DNA of 63,891 bases, the filler included, from Thermodesulfobacteriota bacterium (GTDB lineage: Bacteria; DASVDK01): NCBI GenBank assembly GCA_036381125.1. It is 7 parts of 7 records of this genome, joined end to end, with 100 filler letters (N's around TTAATTAATTAA, not from the genome) between each part and the next. Parts side by side here need not be neighbours in the genome. Positions count along the whole stretch, not along the records: positions 4,318 to 23,449 come from DASVDK010000138.1; positions 23,550 to 37,377 come from DASVDK010000139.1; 5 more parts are not named here. The stretch is one strand, 5' to 3'. Made by a program: the position numbers and the translations under genes. Within the stretch, counting starts at the first letter, position 1. Each line of letters starts with the position of its first letter. The notes under the pieces are model-generated. The model ran no database searches. It had not been told where the DNA came from and saw only the letters and a list, made by a program, of their open reading frames with translations. Shown here in pieces: positions 18,640 through 28,689 of the stretch.

Positions 18640-19848
18640 ATGGCGCGTCCGCTCATCCTGGCCCTCGGTGTGGTCGCCCTGCTCGCGGTCGGGCTCGCTC
18701 CCGTTCCGGCGTCGGCGCAGTCGACCATCCGCATCGGCGAGATCAACAGCTACAGCGGGATCCCGGCCTTCACCCTCCCCTACCGCAACGGCGCGCAACT
18801 CGCCGTGGAGGAGGTCAACGCCGCCGGAGGGGTCCTGGGGCGCAAGCTCGAGGTCCTCTTCCGCGACGACGCCGGCAAGCCGGGCGATGCGGTGACGGCG
18901 GCCAACAACCTGGTGGCGCGCGAGGGGGTGGCGCTCCTCGCCGGGACCTTCTACTCGCACGTGGGCCTGGCCGTGTCGGACTTCGCCAACCAGCGAAAGG
19001 TCCTCTTCGTGGCGGCCGAGCCGCTCACGGACGCGCTCATCTGGGAGAAGGGGAACCGGTACACCTTCCGGCTGCGGCCCGGCACCTACATGCAGGCGGC
19101 GATGCTGGTCGAGGAGGCGGCGAAGCTGCCGGCGAAGCGCTGGGCGACCGTGGCGCCGAACTACGAGTACGGGCAGGCCGCGGTGGCCGCGTTCAGGAAG
19201 CTCCTCTCCGAGAAGCGCCCGGACGTCGAGTGGGTCGCCGAGCAGTGGCCGGCGCTCGGCAAGATCGACGCCGGCGCGACCATCCAGGCGCTCGCCCGGG
19301 CGAAGCCCGAGGCGATCTTCAACGTGACCTTCGGCGGCGACCTCGCGCGGCTCGTCCGCGAGGGACAGACGGTCGGCTTCTTCAAGGGCAAGTCGGTCGT
19401 GAGCCTGCTGTCCGGCGAGCCCGAGTACCTCGACCCGCTCGGCGCCGAGGCGCCGGAGGGCTGGATCGTCACCGGCTACCCCTGGTACGCGATCGACACG
19501 CCCGAGCACCGGCGCTTCGTCACCGCGTACCGCGAGCGGTTCGACGACACGCCGCGGCTTGGCTCGCTCGTCGGCTACAATACCTTCCTCGCCATCGCCG
19601 CCGCGTTGCGCAAGGCGGGGAGCACCGACACCGACGCGCTCGTCGCCGCCATGAAGGGGCTCACCTTCCAGTCGCCGATCGGTCCGATCACCTTCCGCCC
19701 GAGCGACCACCAGTCGACGATGGGGGCGTTCGTGGGCCGCCTCGCGGTCCGCGACGGCAAGGGCGTGATGGTCGACTGGCGCTACGCCGACGGGGCCCGG
19801 TACCTCCCGGACGAGCGGGCCGCGGCGGCCATGCGGCCGGCCGAGTAG
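18640..19848 (+). CDS. Branched-chain amino acid-type ABC substrate-binding protein
   Basis: Signal peptide, IRIGEINSY, EEVNAAGGVLGRKLE. Confidence 0.9.
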   Translation: MARPLILALGVVALLAVGLAPVPASAQSTIRIGEINSYSGIPAFTLPYRNGAQLAVEEVNAAGGVLGRKLEVLFRDDAGKPGDAVTAANNLVAREGVALLAGTFYSHVGLAVSDFANQRKVLFVAAEPLTDALIWEKGNRYTFRLRPGTYMQAAMLVEEAAKLPAKRWATVAPNYEYGQAAVAAFRKLLSEKRPDVEWVAEQWPALGKIDAGATIQALARAKPEAIFNVTFGGDLARLVREGQTVGFFKGKSVVSLLSGEPEYLDPLGAEAPEGWIVTGYPWYAIDTPEHRRFVTAYRERFDDTPRLGSLVGYNTFLAIAAALRKAGSTDTDALVAAMKGLTFQSPIGPITFRPSDHQSTMGAFVGRLAVRDGKGVMVDWRYADGARYLPDERAAAAMRPAE

Positions 19849-19875
19849 GGCGCGCCGGGCGCGCCGCGCTGCGAG

Positions 19876-21714
19876 GTGGGGCCCTACGTCGTCCAGTTCC
19901 TGAACGGACTGGCCACCGCCTCCTCGCTCTTCCTGGTAGCCGCCGGGCTCTCGATCATCTTCGGCGTCACCCGCATCGTCAACTTCGCGCACGGCGCCTT
20001 CTACATGCTCGGCGCCTACGTCGCGGTGTCCCTCGTGCCGCACCTCGGCGGCGGAGCCGCGGGGTTCTGGGCCGCCGTGCTCGCGGCGGCGCTCGTCGTG
20101 GGGGCGCTCGGCATCGTCATGGAGCGGCTCCTCCTGCGCCGCGTCTACGGGGCGCCCGAGCTGTTCCAGCTCCTCGCGACGTTCGGGGTGGTCCTGGTCG
20201 TGCAGGACGCCGTGCTCCTGCTCTTCGGCCCGGAGGAGCGGCTCGGCCCGAGGGCGCCCGGACTCGAGGGCGCGGTGTCGGTGCTCGGGCGCGCCTTCCC
20301 CGCCTACAGCCTCTTTCTCATCCTCCTCGGGTTCGCCGTCGCGACCGCGCTCGCGTTCCTCTTCCGGCGGACGCGGTGGGGCATCCTCGTCCGCGCGGCC
20401 ACCGAGGACCGCGAGACGGTGGCGGCGCTCGGCGTGAACGAGGCCTGGCTCTTCACGAGCGTGGTCGCCCTCGGCACGGCGCTCGCCGGCCTGGGGGGCG
20501 CGCTGCAGCTTCCGCGCGAGCCGGTTCACCCCGCGATGGACGTGCAGGTCGTCGCCGAGGCGTTCGTCGTCGTGGTGGTCGGCGGCCTCGGCAGCCTCTG
20601 GGGGGCCTACCTCGCCTCCGTCCTGATCGGCGAGCTGCACGCCTTCGGCATCCTGGTCTTCCCCGAGATCACGCTCGTCCTGGTCTTCCTCGTCATGGGG
20701 ATCGTGCTCGTCGTCCGGCCCTCCGGGCTCCTCGGACGCCCGGAGACCGCGGCGCCGGGCCGGGCCTCGGCCCTCGCCGCGCCGCTCCTGCTGCCGCCGT
20801 CCCGGCAAGCGGTCGCGGTCGAGGTCGGTCTCGTCGCCCTCCTGGCGGTCGCGCCGCTCACGCTCGACGCCTACGCCCTCGGCGTGCTCTCGGAGGTCTT
20901 CGTCTACGCGCTCTTCGCGGCGAGCCTCCACCTTCTCATGGGACCGGGCGGGCTCGTCTCCTTCGGCCACGCCGCCTACTTCGGCCTCGGCGCCTACGGG
21001 GCGGCGCTCGCCGCCACGCGGCTCGGCCTGTCGATGCCGGTCGCGTTGGCCGCGGGGATCGCCCTGGCCTTCGCGGGGGCGCTCCTCTTCGGCCGATTCG
21101 CGGTCGGCCTGGGCGGCGTCTACCTGGCGATGCTCTCCCTCGCCTTCGCCCAGATCGCCTATGCCGTGGCCTTCCAGTGGGTGCCGGTGACCGGCGGCGA
21201 CAACGGGATCCTCGGCGTCTGGCCGCCCGGCTGGGCCGCCACGCCGGCCGGCTTCTACTACGTGGCGCTGGCGCTCTGCGGCGGGGCCGTCCTCTTCTTC
21301 CGGCGGGTCGTCTTCGCGCCGTTCGGCTACGGGCTCCGGGCGGCGCGAGACGCGGCCGCGCGTGCCGAGGCGAGCGGCATCGACGTCCGCCGCCAGCGGG
21401 CGCTCGCCTTCGCCCTGGCCGGCGCGGGCGCAGGGCTCGCCGGCGCGCTGTACGCCTTCCTCAAGGGGAGCGTCTTCCCGGAGTCGCTCGGCATCGCCAC
21501 CTCCCTCGACGCCCTCGTCATGGTGCTCCTCGGCGGCGTCCACACGGTGGCCGGGCCGGTCGTGGGGGCGGCGGTCTACAAGGTGCTCCAGGTGATCCTC
21601 GCGACCTACACCGACTACTGGCGCCTCGTCGTCGGCGCGACGCTGGTGGCGCTCGTGGTCGCCTTCCCGCAGGGCCTGGTCGGCTTCGCCGTCGGTCGGC
21701 TGCGGGCAGGCTAG
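19876..21714 (+). CDS. Fused LivH-LivM ABC permease
   Basis: GLSIIFGVTRIVNFAHG and GLVSFGHAAYFGLGAY, TGGDNG. Confidence 0.9.
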   Translation: MGPYVVQFLNGLATASSLFLVAAGLSIIFGVTRIVNFAHGAFYMLGAYVAVSLVPHLGGGAAGFWAAVLAAALVVGALGIVMERLLLRRVYGAPELFQLLATFGVVLVVQDAVLLLFGPEERLGPRAPGLEGAVSVLGRAFPAYSLFLILLGFAVATALAFLFRRTRWGILVRAATEDRETVAALGVNEAWLFTSVVALGTALAGLGGALQLPREPVHPAMDVQVVAEAFVVVVVGGLGSLWGAYLASVLIGELHAFGILVFPEITLVLVFLVMGIVLVVRPSGLLGRPETAAPGRASALAAPLLLPPSRQAVAVEVGLVALLAVAPLTLDAYALGVLSEVFVYALFAASLHLLMGPGGLVSFGHAAYFGLGAYGAALAATRLGLSMPVALAAGIALAFAGALLFGRFAVGLGGVYLAMLSLAFAQIAYAVAFQWVPVTGGDNGILGVWPPGWAATPAGFYYVALALCGGAVLFFRRVVFAPFGYGLRAARDAAARAEASGIDVRRQRALAFALAGAGAGLAGALYAFLKGSVFPESLGIATSLDALVMVLLGGVHTVAGPVVGAAVYKVLQVILATYTDYWRLVVGATLVALVVAFPQGLVGFAVGRLRAG

Positions 21715-21745
21715 GCTCGGCCGTGAGCGATCCGGCGAGCAGCAG

Positions 21746-22013
21746 CCGCGAGCCGTTGCCGGAGGCGCGGCGGCAGCCGCGCCGTGAGGCGAGCGGCCCC
21801 CGGTCGGTTGGCGCGCCGCAGGCGCGCCGAGGAGCGGAGGCCCGGCTGGGCCGGGCCGGAGCGGAAGCCGGCCGCGAGCCGTTGATGGAGGCGGCGCCGG
21901 GAGGCGCCGCAGAGGCGAGCGGCCACCGGGTGGAGCGCGGCGCAGCCGCGCGTGGAGCGGAGCGCGGACGTGCTCCGCGCGGAGCGGAAGCCGGCCGCGA
22001 GCCGTTGATGGAA
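21746..22013 (+). repeat. Structured tandem repeat (126- and 123-bp units, three hairpins each)
   Basis: Anchor CCGCGAGCCGTTG at 21746, 21872, 21995; homologous to 37047-37377. Confidence 0.9.
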
Positions 22014-22742
22014 GCCCGCGGGCTCGCGAAGCGGTTCGGCGGCGTCGAGGCGGTACGCGGCGTCGACCTCGCGGTACGCCGCGGGGAGGTCGCGGCCCTG
22101 ATCGGCCCCAACGGCGCCGGCAAGACGACCTGCTTCAACCTCCTCACGGGACAGCTCCGGCCGGACGCCGGCCGGGTGTGGCTCCGCGGCCGCGACGTGA
22201 CCGGCAGGCCGCCGCACGATCTCGCGCGGCTCGGCGTCGGCCGCACCTTCCAGGTCACGGCGGCCTTCGCCTCGATGACCGTCCGCGAGAACGTGCAGGT
22301 CGCCTGCCTGGCGAGGCACCGCCGGCTGACCGGCCTGGTGAGGCCGGCCGCGGGGCGCTTCGCCGCCGAGGCCGACGCGCTCCTCGAGCGGGTCGGGATG
22401 GCGGACCAGGCCGGCCGCGCGTGCGGCGTCCTCGCCTACGGCGACCTCAAGCGGGTCGAGCTGGCGGTGGCGCTGGCGCACGAGCCGGACCTGCTCCTCA
22501 TGGACGAGCCGACGGCTGGGCTCGCGCCGCCCGAGCGGCACGCGCTCATGGCCCTGGTGAGCGCTCTCGTCGCGGACCGCGGGCTCACCGTGCTCTTCAC
22601 GGAGCACGACATGGACGTCGTCTTCGGCCACGCCGCGCGCGTGCTCGTCATGCACCGGGGCGAGATCATCGCCGACGGCCCGCCCGACGTCGTGCGGGCC
22701 GATCCCCGCGTGCAGGCCGTCTATCTCGGGGGCGGAACGTGA
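22008..22742 (+). CDS. LivG-type ABC ATP-binding protein (may start at GTG 21723, including the repeat)
   Basis: GPNGAGKTT, LAYGDLKRVELA, DEPTAG, EHDMD. Confidence 0.9.
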   Translation: MEARGLAKRFGGVEAVRGVDLAVRRGEVAALIGPNGAGKTTCFNLLTGQLRPDAGRVWLRGRDVTGRPPHDLARLGVGRTFQVTAAFASMTVRENVQVACLARHRRLTGLVRPAAGRFAAEADALLERVGMADQAGRACGVLAYGDLKRVELAVALAHEPDLLLMDEPTAGLAPPERHALMALVSALVADRGLTVLFTEHDMDVVFGHAARVLVMHRGEIIADGPPDVVRADPRVQAVYLGGGT

Positions 22743-23449
22743 CGAAGACCCTCGTCCTCGAGGGGGTCGACGCCTGGTACGGCGCGGCCCAGGTCCTCTT
22801 CGGGCTGTCGCTGCGCGTCGCGCCCGGCGAGGTGGTGGCGCTCCTCGGCCGCAACGGCGCGGGCAAGACGACGACGCTCAGGGCGATCATGGGCCTCGTG
22901 CCGAGGCGGCGCGGTCGCATCGAGTACGGCGGCACCGATCTCACCGGGCTGCCGACTCACCGGATCGCCCGGCTCGGGATCGGCTACGTGCCCGAGGACC
23001 GCCGCATCCTCGCCACCCTCACCGTCCGCGAGAACCTCGAGGTCGGCCGCCAGCCGCCGCGTCCCGGCGCGCCGGCCTGGTCGGCGTCCCGGCTCTTCGC
23101 CCTCTTCCCGAGCCTCGCGCCGATGGCCGACCGGCCGGCCGGCCGGATGAGCGGAGGCGAGCAGCAGATGCTGGCCGTCGCCCGGACGCTCATGGGCAAC
23201 CCGTCGCTCCTGCTCCTCGACGAGCCGTCCGAGGGGCTCGCGCCGCTGGTCGTCGAGGAGCTGGCGCGGACGCTCTCGGGACTGGCCGCCGAGGGCCTCT
23301 CGGTGCTCCTCGCCGAGCAGAACGTCCACTTCGCCCGCCGGCTCGCCGGTCGCGCGGCGATCATCGAGAAGGGCCGCGTCCAGGTGGAGGGGACCATGGA
23401 GGCGCTCGTGGCGGACGAGGGCCTGCGCCGGCGGTACCTGGCGGTCTGA
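22739..23449 (+). CDS. LivF-type ABC ATP-binding protein
   Basis: GRNGAGKTT, MSGGEQQM, LDEPSEGLAP. Confidence 0.92.
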   Translation: MTKTLVLEGVDAWYGAAQVLFGLSLRVAPGEVVALLGRNGAGKTTTLRAIMGLVPRRRGRIEYGGTDLTGLPTHRIARLGIGYVPEDRRILATLTVRENLEVGRQPPRPGAPAWSASRLFALFPSLAPMADRPAGRMSGGEQQMLAVARTLMGNPSLLLLDEPSEGLAPLVVEELARTLSGLAAEGLSVLLAEQNVHFARRLAGRAAIIEKGRVQVEGTMEALVADEGLRRRYLAV

Positions 23450-23549
23450 NNNNNNNNNNNNNNNNNNNNNNNNNNNNNNNNNNNNNNNNNNNNTTAATTA
23501 ATTAANNNNNNNNNNNNNNNNNNNNNNNNNNNNNNNNNNNNNNNNNNNN
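23450..23549. other. Artificial contig spacer
   Basis: N run with linker. Confidence 0.99.
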
Positions 23550-24368
23550 TGCGGGAAGACGACGACCGGGCGCTGCATCCTCCAGCTCGAGTCGCCGACG
23601 GCCGGCCAGGTGATCTTCGAGGGGCGGGACCTCGCCGGCGCGTCGCCGGCCGAGCTGCGGGCGATCCGCCGGCGGCTGCAGGTGATCTTCCAGGACCCCT
23701 TCAGCTCGCTCAACCCGCGGATGACCGTGGGCCAGATCATCGCCGAGCCGATGCGGGTGCACCGGCTGGTCGCCTCGAAGGCCGAGGCCGAGGCGCGCGT
23801 CGCCGAGCTGCTCGGCGAGGTGGGGCTGCCGGCCTCCATGGCGCGCCGCTACCCGCACGAGATGTCGGGCGGACAGCGCCAGCGCGTCGGCATCGCGCGC
23901 GCGCTGGCCTTGAGGCCGGCGTTCATCGTCTGCGACGAGCCGGTGTCGGCGCTCGACGTCTCCATCCAGGCCCAGATCGTCAACCTGCTCGAGGACCTGC
24001 AGACGAAGTACGGGCTCGCCTACCTGTTCATCGCGCACGACCTGGCCGTCGTACGGCACCTCTCGCACCGCGTGGCGGTCATGTACCTCGGGCGGATCGT
24101 GGAGACGGCGCCCGCCGGCAGCCTCTACGACCGACCCCTTCACCCGTACACGCAGGCGCTCCTCGACGCGGCGCCGGTGCCCGACCCCAGGGTCGAGGCG
24201 GCGCGCGCCCACACGGTCCTCGCCGGCGAGGTGCCGAGCCCGCTCAACCCGCCGTCGGGTTGCGTGTTCCACCCGCGGTGCCCCATCGCGGTCGCCGAGT
24301 GCCGCACGGTCGTCCCCGAGCTTCGCGAGGTCCGCCCGGGGCACCGGGTGGCCTGCATCCGGGTCTGA
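23550..24368 (+). CDS. Oligopeptide/dipeptide ABC ATP-binding protein (5' truncated)
   Basis: [37 protein letters not shown]. Confidence 0.92.
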   Translation, partial: CGKTTTGRCILQLESPTAGQVIFEGRDLAGASPAELRAIRRRLQVIFQDPFSSLNPRMTVGQIIAEPMRVHRLVASKAEAEARVAELLGEVGLPASMARRYPHEMSGGQRQRVGIARALALRPAFIVCDEPVSALDVSIQAQIVNLLEDLQTKYGLAYLFIAHDLAVVRHLSHRVAVMYLGRIVETAPAGSLYDRPLHPYTQALLDAAPVPDPRVEAARAHTVLAGEVPSPLNPPSGCVFHPRCPIAVAECRTVVPELREVRPGHRVACIRV

Positions 24369-24379
24369 ACGGAGCCCCC

Positions 24380-24541
24380 GTGGCCGCTCGCGACCGGGCC
24401 GACGCCCTCACCTTCGACCGCTACGGCACCATCGCCGACATCCGGTGGCCGCGATCGAGCGGCTGCGGCCGTTCGACGAGGCGCCGGTCCGCGGCGCCGG
24501 CGCCCGCCCGGCGCGGCGGGACCGCGCGGCCGGTCGTTTGA
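24380..24541 (+). pseudogene. N-terminal remnant of a HAD-family (haloacid dehalogenase type II-like) gene
   Basis: ALTFDRYGTIAD resembles HAD motif I; similarity is lost immediately after. Confidence 0.5.
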
Positions 24542-24566
24542 CGGCCCAGGTCTAGAACGCTATTTT
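24538..24566 (+). promoter_or_regulatory. Sigma70-type promoter
   Basis: TTGACG-N17-TATTTT upstream of the peptide SBP gene. Confidence 0.6.
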
Positions 24567-24600
24567 TGAACGGTTACGTCCATTTGCGGGGGAGACCACC

Positions 24601-26202
24601 ATGCGCGCACCCTCGATCCATCGCTGGCTCGCCGCCCTGGCGGCCCTGCTCCTCGTCTCCGCGACCACGCTACCCACCGAGGCCCTGGCGCAACAGCCGC
24701 GCAGGGGCGGCGAGCTGACCTTCGTGGTCAGCGCGGAGCCGCCCTCGTACGACGGGCACCGGGAGACGAGCTTCGCGCACATCCACCCGGTGGCGCCGCA
24801 CTACTCGACGCTGCTCCGGATCGACGTCGCCAACAACTACAAGATCGTCGGCGACCTGGCGGAGAGCTGGACGATCTCGCCGGACGGCAAGACCTACACC
24901 TTCAAGCTGCACGACGGCGTCAAGTTCCACAACGGCGACACGCTCACCTCGGCCGACGTGAAGGCCAGCCTCGAGCGCATCGTCAACCCGCCGCCGGGCG
25001 TCGTGAGCGCCCGCAAGGCGTCGTACCAGGCGATCGACCGGATCGAGGCGCCCGATCCCCTCACGGTGGTCGTGCGGCTGAAGTGGCCCGAGGCCTCGAT
25101 GCTCGCGAACCTCGCCTCGCCCTGGAACTACATCTACAACGCCAAGAAGCTCGCCGAGGACCCGCGCTTCCCGGAGAAGAACATCCTCGGCACCGGCCCC
25201 TTCGTCTTCGTCGAGCACGTCCCCGGCTCCCACTGGGTGGCCAAGAGGAACCCGAACTACTTCGTGAAGGGGCTCCCCTACCTCGACGGGTACCGGGCGG
25301 TCTTCATCCGCAGCGCCTCCGCCGCCGTCGCCGCCGTGCGGAGCGGTCAGGCGCAGATCGAGTTCCGCGGCTTCTCGCCGGCGCAGCGCGACGACCTGGT
25401 CAGGGCGCTCGGCGACAAGATCCGGGTGCAGGAGAGCCCCTGGACCTGCGTCCTGACGGTCGTCTTCAACAACGAGAAGCCGCCGTTCAACGACGCCCGG
25501 GTGCGTCGCGCGCTCTCCATGGCGATCGACCGGTGGCAGGGGTCGCAGGTCCTCTCGAAGATCGCCATCGTCAAGGAGGTCGGCGGCGTCCTTCGGCCCG
25601 GCTCCGAGTACGCGGCCAGCGAGTCGGAGCTGGTCGAGTACCCCGGCTACGGCAAGGACATCGAGAAGGCGCGGGCCGAGGCGCGGCGCCTCCTCAAGGA
25701 GGCCGGCCAGGAGAACCTCAAGTTCGTCTTCAAGAACCGTGACACGCAGATGCCCTACGAGCCGGTCGGCATCTTCCTCATCGACCAGTGGCGGCGCATC
25801 GGCGTGACGGCCGAGCACCGCCCGTCCGAGACGGCCACGTGGCAGGGGGACCTGCGCAACGGCAACTACGAGGTCTCCATGGACTACGCCTGCGACTTCA
25901 TGGACGAGCCCGACCTGCAGCTCTTCAAGTACCTCTCGGCCGACAAGAGCCCGGCCAACTACGGGCGTTACAAGGACCCGGTCCTCGACGACCTCTACGT
26001 GAAGCAGGCCCGGGCGACCAACGAGGCCGAGCGCCGCAAGATCGTCCGCCAGTTCGAGAAGCGGGTCCTCGAGCAGGCCTACCAGGTGCCGACCATCTGG
26101 TGGCAGCGGATCGTCCCGCACTGGGACAAGGTCAAGGGCTGGGAGGTCTCGGCCAGCCACTACCTCAACCAGGACCTGCGCGACGTCTGGTTGAGCGAGT
26201 AG
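24601..26202 (+). CDS. ABC transporter family 5 (peptide/nickel) substrate-binding protein
   Basis: Signal peptide, GDLAESWTISPDGKTYTF, GTGPF, PFNDARVRRALS. Confidence 0.92.
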   Translation: MRAPSIHRWLAALAALLLVSATTLPTEALAQQPRRGGELTFVVSAEPPSYDGHRETSFAHIHPVAPHYSTLLRIDVANNYKIVGDLAESWTISPDGKTYTFKLHDGVKFHNGDTLTSADVKASLERIVNPPPGVVSARKASYQAIDRIEAPDPLTVVVRLKWPEASMLANLASPWNYIYNAKKLAEDPRFPEKNILGTGPFVFVEHVPGSHWVAKRNPNYFVKGLPYLDGYRAVFIRSASAAVAAVRSGQAQIEFRGFSPAQRDDLVRALGDKIRVQESPWTCVLTVVFNNEKPPFNDARVRRALSMAIDRWQGSQVLSKIAIVKEVGGVLRPGSEYAASESELVEYPGYGKDIEKARAEARRLLKEAGQENLKFVFKNRDTQMPYEPVGIFLIDQWRRIGVTAEHRPSETATWQGDLRNGNYEVSMDYACDFMDEPDLQLFKYLSADKSPANYGRYKDPVLDDLYVKQARATNEAERRKIVRQFEKRVLEQAYQVPTIWWQRIVPHWDKVKGWEVSASHYLNQDLRDVWLSE

Positions 26203-26221
26203 CGGCCGGAGGCCGGCAGAC

Positions 26222-27175
26222 GTGCACCGCTACATCATCCGGCGCCTGCTCCTCATGATCCCGACGCTGTTCGGGGTGGCGGTGCTGATCTTCCTCCTCA
26301 TGCGGGTCGTGCCGGGGGACATCGTGGCCCTCCGGTACACCGCCGACGGCGGGTCCGTATCGGCCGAGACGCTCGCGGCCGAGCGGGCCCGCCTCGGGCT
26401 CGACAAGTCGATCCCCGCACAGTTCGTCGACTGGATGGGCGGGCTCCTCACCGGCGACCTCGGCCAGTCCATGTGGACCGGGCGGCCCATCAGCTACGAG
26501 ATCGGCATCCGGTTCCAGGTGAGCCTGCAGGTGGCCATCATGGCCACGATCTTCGCGATCCTCCTCTCGATCCCGCTCGGGACCCTGGCGGCGCTCAAGC
26601 AGGACACCTGGGTCGACTACGCCATCCGGATCTTCTCCATCGCGGGGCTCGCGACACCCTCCTTCTGGCTCGGCATCATCATGATCCTGGGGCTGCTCAT
26701 CGTCTTCCGGTGGCTGCCCCCCATGGCCACGGTGTCGTTCTTCCGCGACCCGTGGACGAACCTCTCCCAGCTCATCTGGCCCGCCCTCGCCGTCGGCTAC
26801 CGCTACTCGGCCGTGGCAACCCGCATGACGCGGGCGACCGTGCTCGAGGTGCTGCGCGAGGACTACGTCCGCACGGCGCGCGCCAAGGGGCTCTGGGAGC
26901 GCGTGATCGTCGTCCGGCACGCCATGCGCAACGCCCTCCTGCCGGTCGTCACGATCATCGGCCTCGAGTTCGCCTTCCTGATCGGCGGGCTCGTGGTCAC
27001 CGAGCAGGTCTTCAACCTGAACGGCATCGGCCGCCTCATGGTCGAGTCGATCATCCGTCGCGACTACACCATGACCCAGGCCCTCGTGCTCCTCACGGCG
27101 GCCGTGTTCATCGTCGTCAACTTCGCCGTGGATCTGCTGTACGCCTGGCTCGATCCGCGGATCCGGTACCGGTGA
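26222..27175 (+). CDS. Peptide ABC permease (DppB/OppB-like)
   Basis: YIIRRLL, GDLGQS, EDYVRTARAKG, DPRIRY. Confidence 0.92.
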   Translation: MHRYIIRRLLLMIPTLFGVAVLIFLLMRVVPGDIVALRYTADGGSVSAETLAAERARLGLDKSIPAQFVDWMGGLLTGDLGQSMWTGRPISYEIGIRFQVSLQVAIMATIFAILLSIPLGTLAALKQDTWVDYAIRIFSIAGLATPSFWLGIIMILGLLIVFRWLPPMATVSFFRDPWTNLSQLIWPALAVGYRYSAVATRMTRATVLEVLREDYVRTARAKGLWERVIVVRHAMRNALLPVVTIIGLEFAFLIGGLVVTEQVFNLNGIGRLMVESIIRRDYTMTQALVLLTAAVFIVVNFAVDLLYAWLDPRIRYR

Positions 27176-28074
27176 TGGCGGTCGCGGCCGACACCGGCGT
27201 CGCCGTCCTCGACGAGCGCGGCCGCGCCTCCCGCGCGCTTCGGGCCGTCCTCCGCTTCTGCCGGACCAAGCCGCTCGGCGCGGCGGGCGGGGCGCTCATC
27301 CTCGCCATGGTCGTGGCGGCGCTGCTGGCGCCCTGGATCGCCCCCTACGACCCGCTCGAGACCGACTACGCCGCCATGCTGGCCGCGCCGTCGGCCGACC
27401 ACTGGCTCGGCACCGACGCCTTCGGCCGGGACGTGCTCTCGCGGATCGTCTACGGGGCCCGAACGGCGCTCCTCGTCGGCTTCGGCGCGTCGGTGATCGG
27501 GACCACCGTCGGCTCCGTCGTGGGCGTGGCGTCGACCTACTTCGGCGGGAAGATCGACCTCCTGGTCCAGCGCCTCATGGACGTCATCCTCTCCTTCCCC
27601 ATCATCGTCCTCGCCATGGCGGTGGTGGCGGTGCTCGGCACCGGCGCGACGAACGTCATCCTCGCCATCGCGATCCCGATGATCCCCCGCGCGGCGCGCG
27701 TCATCCGGTCGAGCGCGCTCGCCATCCGGGAGATGCCCTACGTGGACGCGGCCCGCGCCTGCGGCTTCGGGCCGACCCGGATCATCTTCCGCCACATGCT
27801 GCCGAACGTCGTCGCCCCCATCCTGATCCTCCTCACCGCCTTCCTCGGACAGGCGATCCTCCTCGAGGCGTCGCTGTCGTTCCTCGGCCTCGGCGTCGCC
27901 GAACCGACGCCCGCCTGGGGCCTCATGCTCAAGGGCGCGGCCGTGGAGTTCGCGGAGCGGGCGCCGTGGATGGGCGTCTTCCCCGGTCTCGCCATCAGCG
28001 CGGCGGTTTTCGGCTTCAACCTGCTCGGCGACTCGCTGCGCGACGTGCTCGACCCCAGGCTCCGGCTGCAGTAG
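27175..28074 (+). CDS. Peptide ABC permease (DppC/OppC-like)
   Basis: HWLGTDAFGRDVLSR, YVDAARACG, NLLGDSLRDVLDPR. Confidence 0.92.
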   Translation: MAVAADTGVAVLDERGRASRALRAVLRFCRTKPLGAAGGALILAMVVAALLAPWIAPYDPLETDYAAMLAAPSADHWLGTDAFGRDVLSRIVYGARTALLVGFGASVIGTTVGSVVGVASTYFGGKIDLLVQRLMDVILSFPIIVLAMAVVAVLGTGATNVILAIAIPMIPRAARVIRSSALAIREMPYVDAARACGFGPTRIIFRHMLPNVVAPILILLTAFLGQAILLEASLSFLGLGVAEPTPAWGLMLKGAAVEFAERAPWMGVFPGLAISAAVFGFNLLGDSLRDVLDPRLRLQ

Positions 28075-28205
28075 GACGCCGCGCCCCGCCCGGCGCGGCA
28101 CGCGGGCGCGCTCCCGTGAGCGCGCGGCCACGGTGCCACCGACGGGCGGTCTCGAGGCGACCTGACGAGACGGGTCCGGGGCGCCGCCCCGGACGAGGGC
28201 GCGGG

Positions 28206-28349
28206 CTAGATCCGGCCGAGCAGCCTCAGCAGCGCCGAGCCGGCAACGTAGAGGACGACCAGGAAGGCGAAGAGGACGACGAGGTGCTCCGGCTTCACGC
28301 GGTCGCCCCCGCCGTCTCGGATGTACATGTCGTCGCGATGGTCCAGCAC
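28206..28349 (-). CDS. Small membrane protein (47 aa)
   Basis: GGGAGG RBS, GTG start, MLDHRDDMYIRDGGGDRVKPEHLVVLFAFLVVLYVAGSALLRLLGRI. Confidence 0.55.
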   Translation of the reverse strand: MLDHRDDMYIRDGGGDRVKPEHLVVLFAFLVVLYVAGSALLRLLGRI

Positions 28350-28430
28350 GGGTACCTCCCTTTCCAGCGCGCCGGGCGCTCGGGACCGGGCCCTCGCCAC
28401 CCGACTCGTCCTTCCCCTGGCCGGCCAGGC

Positions 28431-28446
28431 TGCAAGGGCCGGGCCG
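28431..28446 (-). promoter_or_regulatory. Candidate sigma54 promoter for the small membrane protein
   Basis: CGGCCC-GGCCC-TTGCA (GG-N10-GC). Confidence 0.45.
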
Positions 28447-28689
28447 TGATCCGCGTTTCACCCTCCAGGTCCGCGGAATCAGGCACGCGCGCCGATCCGG
28501 CGCGGTCGTGGATCGGGCGGCCACCCCCGTGACGGGGGCCTCAGGTTGCCGCCGCGGGGCACCTCGGCGGCCTCGTGCGTCCGGGAACCGGCGTCGCCGA
28601 TGCGGCGTACGGGCCACGATGTGTCGCTCCGGACACGCGCCCGCACGCCCGGGCGAAGCCCCGGCGGTCCGCAGCCGGCCGTCCCGAGG

